Below are positions 58,407 to 64,000 of a DNA stretch of 64,000 nucleotides, one piece after another (position 1 is the stretch's first letter; the number at the start of each line of letters is the position of its first letter). Source of the stretch: Cyanophora paradoxa CCMP329 (lineage: Eukaryota; Plantae; Glaucophyta); contig QPMI01000278.1 in NCBI GenBank assembly GCA_004431415.1, forward strand, positions 38,581 through 102,580. Reading direction: 5' to 3'. The position numbers were made by a program, and so were the translations under genes. The notes under the pieces are model-generated. The model searched no databases. It saw only the letters and a program-made list of their open reading frames with translations, and had not been told where the DNA came from.

Positions 58407-61282
58407 TCAGTCGCGGGAGAGGAAGGGGGCGGGGGGTGCAGCGAGGCGGCGGGCGGCGGCCTCGAGGGCCTCGATGCGCGCCTCCAGGCGCCGCACCTGT
58501 CGCGCGCGCCCTCGGACGGGCGCGCGGGGCGGGGCGGGGCGGGGTCGGGGCGGCGCACGCCGGTTGCGGAGGAGGCGAGGGAGAGGGCGGCGAGGACGAG
58601 GAGGAGCACGAGGGCCGCCCCGCCAGCAGCCCAGCGCCCCGCCCAGCCCGCCCCGGGTGCCCCCCTCCAGCCCCGCCTGCCCTCGGCTCGAGGGCGGACC
58701 CGGGGCGGGCGGGGCGGGGCGGGGCGGGGCGGGGCGGGGCGGGGCGGGGCGCACAGGGCCTCGCCGGCGCGGTCGGCGAGGGCCTCCCAGAGGCCCAGGG
58801 CCCCCCGGAGGAGACCGACGAGCCCTGCCGCCCGCACCCGTCGGGACGTGCGCGTGGGGCGGCGGGGCGCGCGGCGGGGCGCACGCGGCGGGTGGGAGGC
58901 GAGGTGGAGGGGCCCGCGGCGGCGGCGGCGGCGAGGAAGGCGAGGACCTGCCGGCGCGTCGGCCCCGGGCGGGGCGCCCCGGGGCGAGGGGCGGGCGGCA
59001 CGCACGCGCGGCCGCAGCGCCTCTGCCGCCGCCTCCGCGAGGCGCGCTGGGCGGGCTTGAGCGGCCGGGGCGCGGGCCGGGGCGGGGGCGGGGGCGGGGC
59101 ACCGCGGGCGGGCGGGGCACGGGCCCCCTGGCGATGACGCGCGCCGTGACGGTGACGAGGCAGGCGCACGTCGCCCCTGCGCCCCGCGTCGCGCGCCGCG
59201 CGGCGGGGCCGAGGAGGGTCGGGCGGCGCGCCTCGGGCTCGGAGTGGGCGGGCGATGTCTCTGCGGGGGCGGCGCGTGAGAGGCCGAGAGGCTGGGGGCG
59301 GGGGGCGAGAGGGGGCGCGCCGCGGCTGCTGCCGGCGCTGCTCGCGCTCGAGGGCGCCGAGAAGGCCGAGCGCGAGCCCGCCCGCACGCCCCGCGCCGTC
59401 GGCGGGCCCCCGGGCCCCGGCGGGGACTGCCGCGCCGCGCCCCGTCGGGCCGGGGCGAGCCAGGCCGGGGCGGGGCGGGCGGGGGCGGACGGCGGGGAGG
59501 GCGCGGAAGTCCCATCGGGCCTGCGGGGCGGTGAGGGGCCGCCGGCTGTGCGGCGGGGCGGTGGGGGGGCGTGCCTCGAGGAGGAGGGCCCCCGCAAGGG
59601 GCCCCCGCAGGAAGCCGTGCCGCGCCGCCACCGTGCACCGCCTGGCCCCGTCACCCCGCCCCGGAGCGGCGGGCGGGCGGGAGGGGCGGCGGGGCGCACT
59701 CGGGCCCCCGCGCGGTGACCGTCTCCCGCACCTCCGCCTCCTCCCCTCCGCCCCGCCGCCCCCGCCCCCTCCGGCCCCGCCGCCCCGCCGCCACCAGCCC
59801 CGCCTCCGCTGCGGCGCGGGTCGCCGCGGCGCCGGCGGCGGGGCGGGGCGGGGCGGGAGGGGACCGGCGGTGGCGCGGAGGACGGCTGTGGGGGCCAGGC
59901 GGAGGTGGAGCGCGCGCACGGCGCCCCGGGCCCCTCCTCCCAGGCCCCACGCGCGGCCCCGCCGCCTCTGCCCCGGGGCGGCCCGCCGCGCTGGCGGCGC
60001 CGGGTCGCGGGTCGGCGTTGCGGAGGCAGTCGAGGGTGGCCTGCGGGGGCGTGGGCGGAGGGAAGGGCGCCGGGGCCCCGGGGCGGGGCGGGGCGGGGGG
60101 CGGACGTCGTGGGAGGCGAAGCGGGCGAGGAGACCCTCCGGGGAGGCCCCCAGCACGAGCCGCCGCTCCACCACCGCCCGCCTCCCCTCCCCCCGCCTGC
60201 CACCCCGCCCTCGCCCCCGCACCCGCGCGCGGCGGTGGGCCCGGCGCACTCGGGCCCCGTTGGGGCGAGGGCGGCTTGGCGGCCGGGGCGGCGCCCCCGG
60301 CGGTCGGGCCGCTCGGCGCGGGTGGCGCCGCCTTCACCGGAGGGGTGGCCTTGCCGCGCAGCTCGCCGACCTGCAGGGTGTCGCGGCCGGCGGCGGAGGG
60401 CGCGCCGGCCGACCGGCGGGGCGCACGGCGGGGGTGGACTTGGTTCGGCGGTGGGAGGGGCGGGCGCGGCCCGGGGAGGCGTCGGGCCCCGCGCCGAGCC
60501 CGAGCCGGCGGCCGGCCGGGGAGGGCGAGCCGGCGCGGGAGCCGGAGAGGCGCCACTGCGGGGGCGCCACGGTCGGGGGCGCGGCGGGCCCGAGGGCGCG
60601 CGACGGCGTCCCCGCCTGCGGGGTCCTCGGCTCGGGCGGGGGCGAGGCGCGGGCGGAGGCGCGGGGCGAGGGGGCGGGGGTGGCGGAGGAAGGCGAGGGC
60701 GGCTCGGAGGGCGGCGGGAGGACGAGGGCGGGAGGGCCTCGGCGGGGGTCGCCGGCGGGGAGGCCCCCGGCTCGTCGCCGAGGCGGCGGGCGGAGGCGGG
60801 TGGCGAGGACGACGCGCTCGACCCGCTGCGCTCGCGACAGGCCACGAGGCGCCCCACGTCAAAGCGCGACGAGTTCGTCCGCGCCAGCTCCGCGCACGGC
60901 CTCTGCTCTCCCGTCGTCCGGGGCGAGGGCGGCCCGGCGGGCGGGGCGCGGCGCGCACGTCGCCGGCGGCGGCGTCGCGCCAGAGGGCCTGGATCTGCTG
61001 CGCGAGCTCGGGGGTCACGTGCGGCCCGCCGAGCTTCATCTTCCGCCCCGTCGCGCGCTCCACCACCACCAGCTCCAGGCCGTCGCCCTCTTTCCGCGCC
61101 CGCCTCAGCAGCATCTCCTCTACCTGAGCGCGGGAAGCGCGCGGACGCGGCGCGGGGCAGCGGGGCACACGTCGCGGAGGCGGATGCGGCTCTTGACAGC
61201 GACGAAGAACATTTTCGCGTCCCGCTTGAAGAAGGCGATTGTCCGGTGTGTCGCGAACAATCGCCCGGAAACCTGATTCCAT
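58407..61282 (-). CDS. Hypothetical spliced protein, possible START/VASt-like domain with C-terminal TM helix and coiled coil
   Basis: MESGFRAIVRDTPDNRLL...; beta-rich small exons; ends LVLLLVLAALSLASSATG|VRRLEARIEALE. Confidence 0.5.
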
Positions 61283-61728
61283 CGCGGCGCATGAAACCGC
61301 ACGCGCAAGCACTACGCGAATCAGGCGGACCGTGATCTGGGCAAGCGGTCAAGGTTGACCTCTTGCGTACGTGGCTTCGCTGGCACGCGCTAGCCCGCGC
61401 GCGCACCTGACCCAGGCGGAGAGTCGCCGGCACGTCCACGAGGATGCTTTCGTCCGCCTGCAGGCTGCGCCGGGCGTCGATGCGCGCGGGGACAAAAGAT
61501 GCTTGAGAGCGCTTCCCAAGCGCGCACCTGAAGACATGACGCACTTCAACATCGCGCCGACGCTTCAGTACATCGTCCGCAGGCGAGTTCATGAGCGCAG
61601 CAGCGCCGCGCCTTTGATCTAACGCACTACCCCCCCGAGAAGCGACCTTGCGCGCGGCGCACCGCAAGGCGACGTTAGAGCCCGCTGGGCGACGTCCGCG
61701 GAGACGCGGGCGGTTGCCAGTAGCGAGG

Positions 61729-64000
61729 ATGAAGGCGCTCGCCGGTCTCAAGGACGCCATCAAGAAGGCCGCCGCTGGCGGCGAGCATCCTGTAAGCAGG
61801 TCCGCCACGTTCGTAATGCGCCGGCGTGCTCGCCCCACGCGCGCGCGGTGCGCGGCTCTGACAGGACGAGCGCTCAGGACAAAAGCCGCATGGGATGCGT
61901 TCCTCGCCATCAAGGAGGCCGGCGAGGAGGAGCGTACGAAGAAGCTCGTAGAGGTGATTGCGCTCTTGCGCGTCGCCCTGCAGGCGGTCAGCGCGCCGCC
62001 CTCCCCTTCGTCTCCCGCCGCCGCCGCCTCCGGCGCGTTGGCGGCGGCGCAGGCGCCGTTCCGCTACGAGCCAGATTTCGGTGCGGCGTCCCGCGCGTTT
62101 CGCTGGCGGCGGCGGGCGCCGATGGCCGGCGCAGGGTTCCTCGGCTCCTCGTCCCCCGGGAAGGACTTCGTCTTCGTCGTGTGCCAGCGCCTCTCGCACG
62201 AGATCAACCGCGAGACGCTCGAAGCCGGTGCGCGCCCCCGCAGCCGCCCCTCCCCGCACCGCCGACGCGCGGGGGCGGGGCGCAGTGCGGCAGCGGCTGC
62301 CGCTGGCGCAGACGGCGGGGCGCGTGCTGGCGTTCCTTGGGGCGCCGGGGCGGGGCGCGGAGCTGCTGGAGGCGGTGGAGTGGGCGGCGGGGGCGAGCCC
62401 CGGGCGGGCGGCGGAGAGCGGGGTCTTCACGGAGCTGACGCGCACCCTCTGGCTGCTCCTCGACGTCCCCGAGGGGGCGGAGGCGGGGCCGACGCTGGGG
62501 CGCCTCGGGCGGGTGCTGGAGTGGGCGTGCGGGCAGGCGGCCTGCGTGGACGAGCTCATGCGCTCCGACGCCCTCGCCCAGGTGCGCCCGCCGCGCCGCC
62601 CCGCTCCGCGCCCCTCCGCGGGGCCGACGGGGGCGCAGCTGCTGGCGCTGGTGGTGCCGCCGGCGACGGGGGCGGGGGCGGCGCACGCGGAGCACCAGCG
62701 GCGGGTCTCGGCCGTGGCCCGCGGGGCGGTCGAGGCGCTCCTCGCGGCGGGGGCGCCCTCTCCGACTACGCCCTCCGCAAGGGCCTCGTCGGCTCCCTCG
62801 CCGCCGCCGCCCTGCGCGAGGGCACCGCCCCCGAGGAGGCCCTCGCCGCCCTCCGCGTCCTCGCCGCCGTCCTCGAGGGGGCCGGCCCGCAGCGCGAGGC
62901 GCTCCTGGAGGCGATGGCCCTCGCCAACGCCTACGGCGCCCTCGAGGCCGCCCTCCTCGCCGCCGCCGCCGAGCCCGGCGCCCCGCGCCTCGCGCAGGCC
63001 CTCGACCTCGCCGCCCGCCTCGCCCTGGGGCACGACCCCGCGGCCCCCCGCCCGAGCCGGCCCCCGCCCGCTCCCTCGACGCCTTCCGCGTCCTGGCCAA
63101 CGCCTTCCTGCGCGCCGCCTCCCTCCCGGACCCCGCCGCCCGCGAGGCCCTGCGCGCGGGGGCGCTGGCGGCGGCGGGGCGCGTGTACGGGGCCGGCCGC
63201 GGCGTCTACGCCGCCCTCCTCGACCTCCCCATCGGTGCGCCCCGCCCCGCCGCCCCCGCCGCCCCGCCGCGCGGCCCGGACGGACGCGAGCCGGGGCGGG
63301 CAGCGGCGGTGTTCCTGGACGAGGCGGGGAGCCTCGCCCCGGGGCTGCAGCGGGCGGCCCTCGCCCTCCTCCCGCCCCTCGCCGAGCAGGCCGCCACCCG
63401 GGCCTCACCCGGCCCCCGCCCCCATCGCGAGCTCCGCGCCGTCGCCCGCCTCCTCGCCTCCCCGGCCCCGCCCTCCCGCCGCCCTGCCCCTCGCCTCCGC
63501 CGCCGTCGCCACGCTGCACGCCTGCCTCCGGCCGGCCCCAAGTTCCTCGCCCCGCTCCTCGCCTCCTCGGGGCCTGCCCCGCCGCCGCCGCCCTCCTCCC
63601 GCCCTCGCCGCCTGCTGCCCGGCCTCCCGGCCCCCGCCGCCTTCCTCGCCGCCGCCTTCGGCTGCCCGCGCCCCCGGCCCCGCCGCCCCGAGGCGCCCGG
63701 CGGGCCGGAGGCGGCGGCGGCGGTGGAGACGGCGCGCAACGCGCTGCAGCTCGTCGCCGCCGTCCTCCGCGCCGACCCCTCCGCCGCCCCCGTGCGCGCC
63801 CCGGCCCCGCCCCGCACCCGCTCCCGCCCCGGGGCCCGAGCGGGCGGGCGGGGCGGCAGGAGGTGGCGACGCGGGCGGAGGCGATTGCGGCGGGCATCGC
63901 CGGTCTGCTCCCGTGCGGCCCGCTGCGGCCGCCCGCCCTCGACCTCGCCTCCCTCCTCGCCCCCACCAGCCCGAGGCCGCCGGCCCCATCGTGCCCGCCC
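61729..64000 (+). CDS. 5' part of a large ARM-type protein resembling WDFY3/ALFY/LvsA BEACH proteins (truncated by window)
   Basis: MKALAGLKDAIKK...; FTELTRTLWLLLDVP and CVDELMRSDALAQ|LL recall the WDFY3 N-terminus. The BEACH domain itself is not in the window. Confidence 0.55.
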   Translation, partial: MKALAGLKDAIKKAAAGGEHPVSRSATFVMRRRARPTRARCAALTGRALRTKAAWDAFLAIKEAGEEERTKKLVEVIALLRVALQAVSAPPSPSSPAAAASGALAAAQAPFRYEPDFGAASRAFRWRRRAPMAGAGFLGSSSPGKDFVFVVCQRLSHEINRETLEAGARPRSRPSPHRRRAGAGRSAAAAAAGADGGARAGVPWGAGAGRGAAGGGGVGGGGEPRAGGGERGLHGADAHPLAAPRRPRGGGGGADAGAPRAGAGVGVRAGGLRGRAHALRRPRPGAPAAPPRSAPLRGADGGAAAGAGGAAGDGGGGGARGAPAAGLGRGPRGGRGAPRGGGALSDYALRKGLVGSLAAAALREGTAPEEALAALRVLAAVLEGAGPQREALLEAMALANAYGALEAALLAAAAEPGAPRLAQALDLAARLALGHDPAAPRPSRPPPAPSTPSASWPTPSCAPPPSRTPPPARPCARGRWRRRGACTGPAAASTPPSSTSPSVRPAPPPPPPRRAARTDASRGGQRRCSWTRRGASPRGCSGRPSPSSRPSPSRPPPGPHPAPAPIASSAPSPASSPPRPRPPAALPLASAAVATLHACLRPAPSSSPRSSPPRGLPRRRRPPPALAACCPASRPPPPSSPPPSAARAPGPAAPRRPAGRRRRRRWRRRATRCSSSPPSSAPTPPPPPCAPRPRPAPAPAPGPERAGGAAGGGDAGGGDCGGHRRSAPVRPAAAARPRPRLPPRPHQPEAAGPIVPA

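Noticed and set aside
58407-63966. 1168-aa and 763-aa minus-strand ORFs as intact proteins
   Set aside because: They read through introns or lie antisense to the real genes; only short portions look protein-like.

Overview
Very GC-rich, intron-dense eukaryotic DNA. Introns are short and many have GC donors. The style suggests a glaucophyte/protist such as Cyanophora (inference). Most long ORFs in the supplied track are GC-rich shadows; the real genes are spliced. The housekeeping backbone is UBP1/TIA1, pinin, a RING-TKL kinase, phosphomevalonate kinase, a histidine phosphatase, ADE2, tRNA-Met and a BEACH-type 5' end. It is interrupted by two LINEs and by accessory, immunity-like blocks, each bracketed by duplicated host sequence. 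The most striking object is a ~12 kb NLR-like gene (16601-28788): myristoylation motif / helical domain / TIR / SAM / SAM / NACHT-like STAND ATPase / pentapeptide repeat / 14 WD40 repeats. Each WD40 unit sits on its own phase-0 exon, and one exon-intron-exon module was recently copied within the array, pointing to a receptor that diversifies by exon-cassette shuffling. A second notable structure is a tRNA-Met-anchored module present in two full copies and one decayed copy, separating F-box/LRR and LRR-coiled-coil-RING ubiquitin ligase genes. Gene models were spliced by eye, so boundaries are approximate, and some frameshifts may be sequencing errors.
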